From contig JAQVCT010000012.1 of assembly GCA_028689655.1 (NCBI GenBank), positions 2,753-66,752 of the forward strand: a stretch of 64,000 nt of DNA, in the 5' to 3' direction. Positions within the stretch are counted from its first letter, which is position 1. Every line of letters begins with the position of its first letter. The DNA comes from Lachnospiraceae bacterium. Lineage in GTDB: Bacteria; Bacillota; Clostridia; Lachnospirales; Lachnospiraceae. The position numbers and the translations under genes are program-made. Below, piece after piece: positions 53,140 through 62,749 of this stretch. The notes beneath the pieces were generated by a model. It saw nothing but the letters and a program-made list of their open reading frames with translations. It did not search any database and was not told the origin of the DNA.

Positions 53140-54243
53140 TTATAAATTTTCGAACAGCATTTGTAGTACATGGTTGGCGTATCTGGAGAAATCATCACGC
53201 TGCTTTTTGAATTCATCGGTGAGTTCAAAATACAACTCTTTACTGCGGTAATCTTCTTTAAAAAATGGCTGGAACAAGACATCCCACTGTGGCAAATAGG
53301 AGGATGTCTTTTTCGTATAGCAATTGGAGGCAGTTGCCTTGATGCGGTGGTCATGGTCCACAAAATGGGCAACAGACTTATGGATGGAACAATCTTCCAG
53401 GGGAAGATAATAATAATCCCTGTAATTGGCATAGAAATATTTTAATTCACCCTGAAAGATGGGAACTTTTAAGGTGCCTTCCATATCAAAACCGGTAAAA
53501 TAGCAATTATTCACACCCTGTGACACCGCCACAGGAAGTGGATTTTTGAAACGCAGCTTCATCAATACTTCCTGCTTTTTATCACCGACATAATCCGTAT
53601 AGTAGTTAGCCTGTACTTTTGTGACCCTCACTGTATTCAGGAATAGATCACAGTAGGACAGAACGGGCAACAGTGAGACAAGTCCCTGAATATCATCCGC
53701 ATTGTGCAGCAGTAAGATCTGTAAATTGGATTCGGAAGGTGCCTTTACATATTCGTGATAAACGCTGATGAGTTCCCCGCCGTGAAAGGTGTCCTCACGA
53801 TTTACATTCAGAAAGATTTCAATGGTCTTCTGCTTACAGTTTGGCAATTTCAGAAATTCTTTAAAAGGAGCGATACGGCGGTAGAGATCCAGCGCCTCAA
53901 AATGATCAAAGGTATCTGGAAGCCCATATTGTATTGCTTTCTGCTGCAGATAGGGGATATCGAAATTATTTCCATTAAAGTGAACAAGGTAGGAATAATC
54001 CTGGACAAAGCGGAAAAATTCCCTTAATACCTGGACTTCGTCATCGTAATGATCAGCGAACCATTGAATCAGATGAAAGGAATTATTTTTCTGGTAAATA
54101 CAGCCGATGAGATAGAGGGAAGACCCCTTTGCTGTAAAACCGGTGGTCTCAATATCTATAAATAATGTTTTCTCTAACTCCATTGTCTCGTCCAATGGAT
54201 AATTTAATTTTATATTGGATAATTCTGACTTGATTATTTTCAT
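53140..54243 (-). CDS. RNase H-fold 3'-5' exonuclease-like protein (YprB-like)
   Basis: LFIDIETTGF (DxE exonuclease I motif), VHFNGNNFD and LLHNADD. The RBS AAGGAG lies upstream. Confidence 0.7.
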   Translation of the reverse strand: MKIIKSELSNIKLNYPLDETMELEKTLFIDIETTGFTAKGSSLYLIGCIYQKNNSFHLIQWFADHYDDEVQVLREFFRFVQDYSYLVHFNGNNFDIPYLQQKAIQYGLPDTFDHFEALDLYRRIAPFKEFLKLPNCKQKTIEIFLNVNREDTFHGGELISVYHEYVKAPSESNLQILLLHNADDIQGLVSLLPVLSYCDLFLNTVRVTKVQANYYTDYVGDKKQEVLMKLRFKNPLPVAVSQGVNNCYFTGFDMEGTLKVPIFQGELKYFYANYRDYYYLPLEDCSIHKSVAHFVDHDHRIKATASNCYTKKTSSYLPQWDVLFQPFFKEDYRSKELYFELTDEFKKQRDDFSRYANHVLQMLFENL

Positions 54244-54275
54244 AGGTACTCCTTGAGATTATAATTTTTTATTTG

Positions 54276-54512
54276 ATGGGAAATTCCTCTGAAATTTCCC
54301 ATTGGCAGTACAAGAGTGTAGAAGACACTTTGTTCTTTAATAGGAAATTCCTTCGAAATTTCCTATTGGAAGCAGCTTCGATACTGCTAAACTTGTAATA
54401 CTTCCAAAGGAAGTATTATCCCGTAGGGATTATGCATCTTATAGATGCATAACATTGCCCAAAGTGTCAGTAAAGTAGTGTCGACATAAGAGTGTCGAAG
54501 ACACTTTGTTCT
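54276..54512. repeat. Cluster of at least six perfect or near-perfect hairpins, plus two internal direct repeats, in the yprB-like/rnfC divergent spacer
   Basis: A1 54276-54302 atgggaaatt/aatttcccat. A2 54339-54367 aataggaaatt/aatttcctatt. D 54396-54418 taatacttcc/ggaagtatta. E0 54418-54430 atccc/gggat. E 54430-54452 ttatgcatct/agatgcataa. B1 54312-54336 and B2 54488-54512 are 25-bp direct repeats containing agtgtcgaagacact. Confidence 0.85.
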
Positions 54513-54681
54513 CAAATAGATACTTTGATAATAGCATAATTTTCAAATTAGCAGTAGTATTTTTTGGAGAAAAATAGTATATTTAATAGGTAATGCATGG
54601 AGGTTTTTAGTAAATCTGCTGTATTCATTGAGGTATGTTTTTCAGGACATATTTAAAATAGGGAAGGAAGAAGGTTAGAAA

Positions 54682-56001
54682 ATGGCAAAATTTACATTTG
54701 TTGGTGGAATACATCCATATGATGGTAAAGATTTATCAAAAGATAAACCGATCAAAGAAATCCTGCCAAAGGGCGATTTATATTATCCACTTTCTCAACA
54801 TATTGGTGCACCTGCCACGGCGATTGTAGCAAAAGGTGATCATGTATTGACCGGACAGAAAATTGCTGATGCGACAGGCTTTGTATCCGCACCAATTTAC
54901 GCCACTGTATCGGGAACAGTAAAAGGAATCGAACCACACAGAATTGCGGTGGGAGACACCGTGAATTGTATTGTGATCCAGAATGATGGTCTCTATGAAG
55001 AAGTGAACTATGAGGCAATTGAAAATCTGTCAGACATCAGTAAGGAAGAGATCCTGAATCGAATCAGGGAGGCTGGTGTTGTAGGAATGGGTGGTGCAGG
55101 ATTTCCTACCCATGTGAAATTATCTCCCAAGGAACCGGATAAAATTGAATATGTAATCGTGAACTGTGCAGAATGTGAGCCTTATCTCACATCTGATTAC
55201 CGTAGAATGTTAGAGGAACCGGAGAAACTGATTCAGGGCCTGAAAGCCTCGCTGCGCCTGTTCGACAATGCCAAAGGTGTTCTGGCAGTGGAGGATAATA
55301 AGCCAGATTGTATCGCATTATTGAAAAAGCTCACAAAAGAGGAACCGGATATCAGCGTGGCAGCTTTGAAGACGAAGTATCCACAGGGATCAGAACGTCA
55401 ATTGATCTATGCGGTTACGGGACGTGCCATCAATTCCACCATGCTGCCGGCAGATGCAGGCTGTGTAGTGAATAATGTAGACACGGTGGTGGCTATTTAT
55501 AATGCAGTTATGTTAGGAAGACCATTGATGCAGAGAATCGTCACTGTTACAGGGGATGCCATCAATGATCCAAGAAATTTTGCAGTGCGTGTAGGTACTA
55601 TTTATGAGGAATTGATTGAGGAGGCAGGGGGATTTAAGACAGAGCCGGAGAAGATCGTCTCCGGTGGTCCCATGATGGGATTTGCTCTATTTGATACGAA
55701 TGTGCCGGTTACCAAGACATCCTCGGCGTTACTTTGCATGACAAAGGATGAGGTGGCAGCATATGAACCAAGTGCATGTATCAACTGCGGTATGTGTGTG
55801 GAAGCATGTCCGGGGCGTATTATCCCCAGCCGTCTGGCAGATTATGCAGAGCATGGCGATATGGAGCAGTTTGAGGCACATAACGGTATGGAGTGTTGTG
55901 AGTGCGGATGCTGTAGCTTTGTCTGTCCGGCAAAACGACAGTTAACACAGTCCATCAAATCCATGAGAAAAATGGTATTGGCTGAGAGAAAGAAAAAATA
56001 A
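54682..56001 (+). CDS. rnfC: Rnf electron-transport complex subunit C
   Basis: GMGGAGFPTHVK, SGGPMMG, and two 4Fe-4S motifs CINCGMCVEACP and CCECGCCSFVCP. Confidence 0.9.
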   Translation: MAKFTFVGGIHPYDGKDLSKDKPIKEILPKGDLYYPLSQHIGAPATAIVAKGDHVLTGQKIADATGFVSAPIYATVSGTVKGIEPHRIAVGDTVNCIVIQNDGLYEEVNYEAIENLSDISKEEILNRIREAGVVGMGGAGFPTHVKLSPKEPDKIEYVIVNCAECEPYLTSDYRRMLEEPEKLIQGLKASLRLFDNAKGVLAVEDNKPDCIALLKKLTKEEPDISVAALKTKYPQGSERQLIYAVTGRAINSTMLPADAGCVVNNVDTVVAIYNAVMLGRPLMQRIVTVTGDAINDPRNFAVRVGTIYEELIEEAGGFKTEPEKIVSGGPMMGFALFDTNVPVTKTSSALLCMTKDEVAAYEPSACINCGMCVEACPGRIIPSRLADYAEHGDMEQFEAHNGMECCECGCCSFVCPAKRQLTQSIKSMRKMVLAERKKK

Positions 56002-56018
56002 AGGAGGAAGCAAGACTT

Positions 56019-56951
56019 ATGAGTAATTTGATGAAAGTATCTTCAAATCCACATATTAGATCTAAAGTTACGACAAGTTCTATTATGTCAGCAGTCGTCA
56101 TTGCTTTACTTCCCGCGACTTGCTTTGGTATCTATAATTTTGGATTACATGCCCTATTGCTGATTCTGGTAACGGTGGCTTCAACAGTATTGTCAGAGCT
56201 GATCTATGAAAAAGCAATGAAGCAGAAAGTGACCATAAAGGATTTGTCAGCGGTTGTGACAGGTCTGCTGCTGGCACTGAACCTGCCTCCGAAAGCACCT
56301 TTATGGATCGGCGTGATCGGTGGAGCATTTGCAATTATTGTAGTAAAAATGTTATTTGGCGGACTGGGACAGAACTTTATGAACCCGGCTCTTGGTGCCA
56401 GATGTTTCTTATTGATCTCCTTTACTTCGATTATGACGAATTTTGATTGTGACGCCTATACAGGTGCTACGCCGTTAGCGTCTATCAAGATGGGAGAAAG
56501 TGTAAATGTATTAAATATGGTGATCGGAAAGACTGCAGGTACCATCGGCGAGACATCCGTGATCGCCATCATAATCGGAGCCTGCTTCCTCATCATGGTG
56601 GGAGCCATCGATCTTCGTGTTCCAGGAAGTTATATTGTAACCTTCGTTGTATTCCTGATCTTATTTAGCGGTCATGGTCTGGATGGTTCCTACATATCCG
56701 CAGAACTTTCCGGTGGCGGATTGATGCTGGGTGCATTTTTCATGGCGACGGATTATGTGACCAGACCCATCACGAAAAATGGACAATACCTATTTGGAAT
56801 CCTTCTGGGTATTCTCACCGGTATCTTTCGAATCTTTGGTGCCTCCGCAGAGGGCGTGAGCTATGCGATTATCATTGGCAACCTGTTAGTGCCATTGATT
56901 GAGAAAATTACATATCCCAAGGCATTTGGCAAAGGAGGGGAAAGAGCATGA
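56019..56951 (+). CDS. rnfD: Rnf complex subunit D
   Basis: Polytopic membrane protein with NPALGARCFL, a YTGATPLA FMN-attachment-type motif, and FMATDYVT. Confidence 0.9.
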   Translation: MSNLMKVSSNPHIRSKVTTSSIMSAVVIALLPATCFGIYNFGLHALLLILVTVASTVLSELIYEKAMKQKVTIKDLSAVVTGLLLALNLPPKAPLWIGVIGGAFAIIVVKMLFGGLGQNFMNPALGARCFLLISFTSIMTNFDCDAYTGATPLASIKMGESVNVLNMVIGKTAGTIGETSVIAIIIGACFLIMVGAIDLRVPGSYIVTFVVFLILFSGHGLDGSYISAELSGGGLMLGAFFMATDYVTRPITKNGQYLFGILLGILTGIFRIFGASAEGVSYAIIIGNLLVPLIEKITYPKAFGKGGERA

Positions 56952-57571
56952 ATGAGCAGATTAAGAGCATGTTGAGAGATGCATTGATTCTTCTGGCGAT
57001 TACCCTTGTAGCCGGACTTGCCCTGGGTTTTGTCTATGAAGTGACAAAAGCGCCTATTGCAAATCAGGAATTGAAGGCAAAAAATGATGCATGTGCAGAG
57101 GTATTTAAGGATGCAACATCTTTTGAGTCCTATGAATTTGACGGGGATGCTGCCAGAGCAGTGCTGGATGACGCAGGGCTGGCAGAGGAGGATATTGATG
57201 AAGTCATGACAGCCCTGGATGATGGCGGCAATCAGATCGGTTATGTACTGACAGTGACCAGTCATGAAGGCTATGGTGGAGATATCACTTTCTCCATGGG
57301 TGTAAAAAATGATGGTACCTTGAATGGAATTTCCATTTTATCCATCTCGGAGACTGCCGGACTGGGTATGAAAGCCAAGACGGATGAGTTCGGAGAGCAA
57401 TGGAAAGATAAAAAAGTGGACAAATTTGAATATACAAAATCCGGTGCGACTGCGGACAATCAGATCGATGCTATCAGCGGCGCTACCATCACCACCAACG
57501 CAATGACTAATGGAGTCAATGCAGGACTTGCTTACTTTGCCAGTATAGAAGGAGGTAGCGGGAATGAATAA
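56948..57571 (+). CDS. rnfG: Rnf complex subunit G
   Basis: N-terminal TM segment. ETAGLG and DAISGATITTNA (FMN-binding motif). Confidence 0.85.
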   Translation: MNEQIKSMLRDALILLAITLVAGLALGFVYEVTKAPIANQELKAKNDACAEVFKDATSFESYEFDGDAARAVLDDAGLAEEDIDEVMTALDDGGNQIGYVLTVTSHEGYGGDITFSMGVKNDGTLNGISILSISETAGLGMKAKTDEFGEQWKDKKVDKFEYTKSGATADNQIDAISGATITTNAMTNGVNAGLAYFASIEGGSGNE

Positions 57572-58313
57572 AGCAGGAGAACGTTTATTTAATGGTTTGA
57601 TCAAGGAAAATCCAACCTTTGTGTTAATGTTGGGTATGTGTCCAACACTGGCGGTGACCACATCTGCCATCAACGGATGCGGTATGGGGCTTACCACCAC
57701 AGCGGTACTTGTCATGAGCAATATGATCATTGCATTGCTTCGCAATATTATTCCGGACAAAGTTCGTATTCCGGCATTCATCGTCATCATTGCAAGTTTT
57801 GTAACAGTGCTGGAGCTTTTATTGGAGGGATTCTTACCAAGTCTGTATGATGCCCTGGGTCTTTATATCCCATTGATCGTAGTAAACTGTATCATATTAG
57901 GACGTGCGGAGGCTTACGCTTCCAAAAATCCAGTGATTCCATCTCTGTTTGATGGTCTCGGTATGGGACTTGGATTTACACTGGGACTTACCTGTATCGG
58001 TATTGTGAGAGAATTGATCGGGGCGGGACAGATCTTTGGAATACAGATCCTGCCACTGGCTGATGCCAGCAAGGGAATCGCCGGATATACACCGGTAAGT
58101 ATCTTTATCCTGGCTCCTGGTGCCTTTTTCGTACTGGCATGTCTCACCGCACTTCAGAATAAGGTGAGGATGTCCGCAGCGGCAAAGGGCGATATGGATG
58201 CAGCGAAAAAGTTATCCTGTGGAACAGATTGTGCAACTTGTGGAAATACGGGATGTGGTGGAAAATTTTATGATACCAGCGCATCTGCTACGACTAAAAG
58301 ATCAGAAGAATAG
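57564..58313 (+). CDS. rnfE: Rnf complex subunit E, with a Cys-rich C-terminal tail
   Basis: NPTFVLMLGMCPTLAVT and LYIPLIVVNCIILGRAEA. The extra tail is SCGTDCATCGNTGCGG. Confidence 0.9.
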   Translation: MNKAGERLFNGLIKENPTFVLMLGMCPTLAVTTSAINGCGMGLTTTAVLVMSNMIIALLRNIIPDKVRIPAFIVIIASFVTVLELLLEGFLPSLYDALGLYIPLIVVNCIILGRAEAYASKNPVIPSLFDGLGMGLGFTLGLTCIGIVRELIGAGQIFGIQILPLADASKGIAGYTPVSIFILAPGAFFVLACLTALQNKVRMSAAAKGDMDAAKKLSCGTDCATCGNTGCGGKFYDTSASATTKRSEE

Positions 58314-58326
58314 GAGGTAAGTACAG

Positions 58327-58902
58327 ATGAAAGAATTATTGATCATTGCAATTGGTTCAGCACTTGTGAATAACGTCGTACTTAGCCAGTTCTTAGGATT
58401 GTGTCCATTCTTAGGTGTATCAAAGAAAGTGGAAACCGCGGCAGGTATGGGAACAGCTGTTATCTTTGTCATTACATTGGCGTCGGCAGTGACAGGCACT
58501 ATTTATCAGTTCGTATTGACACCTTTGAACATTACTTATTTACAGACCATCGTATTTATCCTGGTCATTGCAGCACTGGTACAATTCGTGGAAATGTTCC
58601 TGAAAAAGTTCATGCAGCCACTCTATCAGGCACTTGGCGTGTATCTGCCATTGATCACTACCAACTGTGCAGTACTTGGCGTGGCACTTACCAATGTTCA
58701 GAAATCTTATGGTATTCTGACCGGTATCGTAAATGGATGTGCTACGGCCGTGGGCTTTACCATTTCCATCATCATATTGGCGGGCTTACGTGAGAAAATG
58801 GAATATAATGATGTACCAAAAGCATTTCAGGGAATGCCCATCGTATTAGTGACTGCCGGTCTTATGGCAATTGCTTTCTGTGGTTTCTCTGGATTATTAT
58901 AG
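58327..58902 (+). CDS. rnfA: Rnf complex subunit A
   Basis: NNVVLSQFLGLCPFLGVS and VYLPLITTNCAVLG. Confidence 0.9.
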   Translation: MKELLIIAIGSALVNNVVLSQFLGLCPFLGVSKKVETAAGMGTAVIFVITLASAVTGTIYQFVLTPLNITYLQTIVFILVIAALVQFVEMFLKKFMQPLYQALGVYLPLITTNCAVLGVALTNVQKSYGILTGIVNGCATAVGFTISIIILAGLREKMEYNDVPKAFQGMPIVLVTAGLMAIAFCGFSGLL

Positions 58903-58916
58903 GAGCGAGGTGCGAT

Positions 58917-59708
58917 ATGAACATAACAGGTATCATAATTGCAGTTGCAGTTGTCGGAGGAATCGGTCTGTTCATCGGATTATTTCTGGGCATTGCAGCC
59001 ATCAAATTTAAAGTAGAAGTAGATGAAAAAGAAGAGGCTATCGCAGGTGTCCTTCCTGGAAATAACTGCGGTGGCTGTGGGTATGCCGGATGTGCCAATC
59101 TGGCGGCAGCCATTGCCAAAGGGGAGGCTCCGGTAAATGCCTGTCCCGTAGGCGGTGACCCGGTGGGAGCAAAAGTGGCAGAGATCATGGGCGTGGATGC
59201 AGGAGAGAGCAGGAAGATGGTGGCTTTCGTGAAATGCAACGGAACCTGTGAGATGACCACCTCCCAGTATGAATACAGCGGTGTCAGGGATTGCAAGCTG
59301 GTGGGATTTGTGCCGGACGGCGGCCCGAAGAGCTGTAATTACGGCTGTCTTGGATATGGAAACTGCGTAAAAGTTTGTCCCTTCGATGCAATTCATATTG
59401 AAAATGGAATTGCTGTTGTGGATAAAGAAAAGTGTAAGGCGTGTGGAAAATGTATCGCTGAATGTCCAAAACACCTCATTGAATTAATCCCATATGATGC
59501 AAAACATGTGGTACAATGCAGCTCGGCAGACAAGGGGCCTGTCACCATGAAAGCCTGTCAGACCGGGTGTATCGGCTGCGGACTTTGTGTGAAAGCATGC
59601 CCTGTGGGAGCAGTTACCGTGGAGAATTTCCATGCCCACATCGATCAGGATAAATGTACCGGATGTGGCGCATGTAAAGAGAAGTGCCCAAAGAAAATCA
59701 TAGTGTAG
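58917..59708 (+). CDS. rnfB: Rnf complex subunit B
   Basis: N-terminal TM segment, NCGGCGYAGC, and several CxxCxxCxxxCP ferredoxin motifs. Confidence 0.9.
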   Translation: MNITGIIIAVAVVGGIGLFIGLFLGIAAIKFKVEVDEKEEAIAGVLPGNNCGGCGYAGCANLAAAIAKGEAPVNACPVGGDPVGAKVAEIMGVDAGESRKMVAFVKCNGTCEMTTSQYEYSGVRDCKLVGFVPDGGPKSCNYGCLGYGNCVKVCPFDAIHIENGIAVVDKEKCKACGKCIAECPKHLIELIPYDAKHVVQCSSADKGPVTMKACQTGCIGCGLCVKACPVGAVTVENFHAHIDQDKCTGCGACKEKCPKKIIV

Positions 59709-59723
59709 AACAAGGAGTCTCAT

Positions 59724-60341
59724 ATGAATCGAAATTGTATCGTTGGAATTGCTGGTGGAACAGCATCTGGAAAAACGACTATCGTCAATCGCATCAAGGA
59801 AAGTTTTGGAGAAAATATTGTGGTAATCAGCCATGATTCCTATTATAAGGCTCACAATGATATGAACTATGAGGAGCGTTCCCATCTGAATTACGATCAT
59901 CCATCTTCCTTCGATACGGAGCGCATGATCGCAGATATCATGAAGTTGAAAAATAACGAAGAAGTGGATATTCCAGTGTATGATTACACCATCCATAATC
60001 GTTCCAGTGAGACGATGCATGTGATTCCGAAGCCGGTGATCATCATCGAGGGAATCCTGATTCTGGAGAATAAAGGCTTGAGGGATCTCATGGACATCAA
60101 AGTATTCGTGGATGCAGATGCGGATGAGCGGCTGATGCGCAGAATCGTACGTGACATGGCAGAGCGTGCCAGAAGTGTGGAATCCATTATTAATCAGTAC
60201 AAGGACACCGTGAAGCCCATGCACGAGCAGTTCATAGAACCCTCCAAGAAATATGCGGATATCATTATTCCCCGGGGTGGAGAGAACACCACGGGAATCC
60301 ATATCCTCCAGGAACACTTGAAACACATGTTGGAGACATAA
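59724..60341 (+). CDS. udk: Uridine kinase
   Basis: P-loop GIAGGTASGKTT, NYDHPSSFD, IIIEGILIL and RRIVRD. Confidence 0.9.
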   Translation: MNRNCIVGIAGGTASGKTTIVNRIKESFGENIVVISHDSYYKAHNDMNYEERSHLNYDHPSSFDTERMIADIMKLKNNEEVDIPVYDYTIHNRSSETMHVIPKPVIIIEGILILENKGLRDLMDIKVFVDADADERLMRRIVRDMAERARSVESIINQYKDTVKPMHEQFIEPSKKYADIIIPRGGENTTGIHILQEHLKHMLET

Positions 60342-60374
60342 ACGGATATGATAGAAAAAGATGGAGACAGGAGT

Positions 60375-61370
60375 TTACGGCTGTGGAAACCCGGAGGAGT
60401 AATGTAATTCATAATCATCTGTGATGAACAGTGCTTCCACATGATCCAGGGACTCAATCAATTCCATGCCTTTGTCCAGACCCAGCACGAAACAGGAGGT
60501 GCTCAGTCCATCCCCCTCCACGGAGGTATGGGAGAGAATGGATACGCCCAGTAAGTGATTCTCATAGGGATACCCGGTAAAAGGATCGAGGATATGATGA
60601 TACAACTTGCCGTTTTCCTCAAAGTATCGTTCATAGACACCGGAGGAGACCATGGAGGAATCCGATACGGGAACCGTCACGATAGGGGTATTACGGCTGT
60701 CAAAGGGCTTTTGGATACCGATCTGATAGGTGGAGTGGTCGGGTTTATCCCCGATGGTCAGGACATTTCCCCCCAGGTTGATGATACCGGATGTCACGCC
60801 ATGTGCCAGAAGATAGGTCTTTAGCTGGTCGGCAATATACCCCTTTGCGATAAAGCCAAGATCTATGGCGGCATTGGGATTGGACAGGGTAACGGTATTG
60901 CCGGATACGGTAACGGCGTGATAATCCACATTTTTCAGACAATTCTTGACAGCGTCATCAACGGGAATATGTTTTGGTGCATCAGAAGAAAAATTCCACA
61001 AATCACTCAGTGGCGCCAGCGTAATATCAATGGCGCCATTTGTGATGTCACAATAGGAGAGTGAAGTACTGATCAAGGACGCCGTCTCGGGGGCAACGGT
61101 GACAGGATTCCCCTGACTGTGATTGATGTTCCAGATGTCACTGCCCTCCAGAGTTCGACTTAACAGGTGCTCATATCGGTCACATTCCTGGAAGGCATCA
61201 TCGATGAGAGCTTCTTTTGACTGGTCATATAATGTGATGGAGATCACTGTATCAAAATAGAATCCGGTCTTTGAGACGGGGTCCTGATTTACATTGCAGC
61301 CACTTAATAATGGAAATAGAAGTAATGAGAGTATGACAGGGATTGTTATTTGTTTTTTTAAACATTTCAT
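60375..61370 (-). CDS. apbE: FAD:protein FMN transferase ApbE (lipoprotein)
   Basis: Lipobox LLSGCN. AIDLGFIAKGY and YHHILDPFTGYP are ApbE signatures. Confidence 0.85.
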   Translation of the reverse strand: MKCLKKQITIPVILSLLLFPLLSGCNVNQDPVSKTGFYFDTVISITLYDQSKEALIDDAFQECDRYEHLLSRTLEGSDIWNINHSQGNPVTVAPETASLISTSLSYCDITNGAIDITLAPLSDLWNFSSDAPKHIPVDDAVKNCLKNVDYHAVTVSGNTVTLSNPNAAIDLGFIAKGYIADQLKTYLLAHGVTSGIINLGGNVLTIGDKPDHSTYQIGIQKPFDSRNTPIVTVPVSDSSMVSSGVYERYFEENGKLYHHILDPFTGYPYENHLLGVSILSHTSVEGDGLSTSCFVLGLDKGMELIESLDHVEALFITDDYELHYSSGFPQP

Positions 61371-61569
61371 GATGGTTCCTCTTCTTTGATCCGGTATTTA
61401 TTATAATATAATTCTTTATTATGGTAGAATTTTCGCTGGTCAGTTTTGATTCTTTTCTTTTTTTATGATACGACATAGTGTATACTTTATGAGAAAGTAA
61501 AATCTGGTTATTGTTTATGTACTTATTGATAGTACTACATTATGGATGAAAACGAAAGGTAGGATTGCA

Positions 61570-62742
61570 ATGCGCTTAGAGGATGATTATGAAGAATATG
61601 ATGATGATCAGCCTTCTGAAAGTAACAGAATGTTGAAACATCTGGCGGTAGGTGTCTTTGTGGCACTGGCGGCTGTCATTGGAATCGTGGCTGCCATAAA
61701 TTATGAGAAAGGAATTCATAAAAAGATAAAAACGGAAGACAGCTCCATGCAGGCAAATACACAGGATATGGACAAGGAAGTGCAGGCACTGCATGAAAGT
61801 GTGCAGGCGCTGGTGGAGAATGATGGACTGACCTCAGATCAATTGGATTTTTGGGATATCTATAAAGATTCAGGGGAGGAACAGGATGAGAACAGTGTCA
61901 GTACCGATGATTCCTCAACGAAAAAAAGTGAGGAGGAGAGTACGACCACTGCAAGTGATGGAACCACAGATGCGGAGACGGATCATGTAAATCAGACCAT
62001 GATAGAAAGTGCGGATGGCACGGAAGAGTGGGTCAATATCAGTCCTTTTATCACCAAGAATAAATATGATGTGAAAAATTTTGAGTATAAAGCTCCTGTG
62101 ATGAAATATTATGATGGAGGGAAATGTATCTCCTATCTGGGTGTAGATATTTCAAAAGATACAGGGGAAGTGGATTTTCATAAGTTGAAAAAGGCAGGCG
62201 TGCAGTTCGTCATGATACGGGCGGGGGCACGGGGATATGGTACAGGTCAGTTGGAACTGGACAGTGCATTTCTGGATAATCTCCAGGGAGCCACGGAAGC
62301 AGGACTTGACATCGGTGTCACTTTTTATTCCCAGGCGATCACCAAGGATGAGGCAGTGGAGGAAGCAACGCTGGTGTATGATCATATACAGGAGTATCTG
62401 ATTACCTATCCCATCGCTTTTGATATGGAAAAAGTATCCGGTGATATTGCCAGAACAGATCGTCTGACCAGGGAGGAAAAAAGTAATATTGCCTTGAATT
62501 TCCTGGATGCATTAAAGGCAGTGGGCTATAAGGGAATCATATATGGGAACAAGGAATGGCTCATCAAAGAGATCAATCTATCCACGGTGGGTTCCTATGA
62601 TATCTGGCTGTCCCAGAGTGGAGATACACCGGATTATCCATACAAATTTTCCATGTGGCAATATACCCAGAGGGGTACCATTGACGGGATCAAGGGGGAT
62701 GCCCACCTGAACATCTGCTTCATTAATTACAATATGAAGTAG
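61570..62742 (+). CDS. Membrane-anchored GH25 lysozyme (muramidase)
   Basis: N-terminal TM segment HLAVGVFVALAAVIGIVAAI followed by an acidic linker. The GH25 core is GVDISKDTGEVDFHKLKKAGVQFVMIRAG ... WQYT. ATG 61570 has an RBS. The ORF is open from 61546. Confidence 0.8.
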   Translation: MRLEDDYEEYDDDQPSESNRMLKHLAVGVFVALAAVIGIVAAINYEKGIHKKIKTEDSSMQANTQDMDKEVQALHESVQALVENDGLTSDQLDFWDIYKDSGEEQDENSVSTDDSSTKKSEEESTTTASDGTTDAETDHVNQTMIESADGTEEWVNISPFITKNKYDVKNFEYKAPVMKYYDGGKCISYLGVDISKDTGEVDFHKLKKAGVQFVMIRAGARGYGTGQLELDSAFLDNLQGATEAGLDIGVTFYSQAITKDEAVEEATLVYDHIQEYLITYPIAFDMEKVSGDIARTDRLTREEKSNIALNFLDALKAVGYKGIIYGNKEWLIKEINLSTVGSYDIWLSQSGDTPDYPYKFSMWQYTQRGTIDGIKGDAHLNICFINYNMK

Positions 62743-62749
62743 TAGAACA

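Noticed and set aside
52803-53432. 209-aa minus-strand ORF overlapping the hydrogenase-MCP 3' end and the YprB-like gene
   Set aside because: It is out of frame with the YprB-like CDS and antisense to the conserved MCP signalling core. It has no independent support.
53140-54243. YprB-like exonuclease as part of a defence system, together with the AP2/HNH-like protein
   Set aside because: The two genes are 8.5 kb apart and separated by the housekeeping rnf operon. There is no adjacent helicase, methylase, ATPase or toxin partner, and no island features. Nothing in the sequence supports a defence-operon interpretation.
59484-60326. 280-aa ORF on the minus strand
   Set aside because: It lies entirely antisense to rnfB and udk, both of which have strong family signatures and RBSs. 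Its translation has no recognisable motif. It is a typical shadow ORF.
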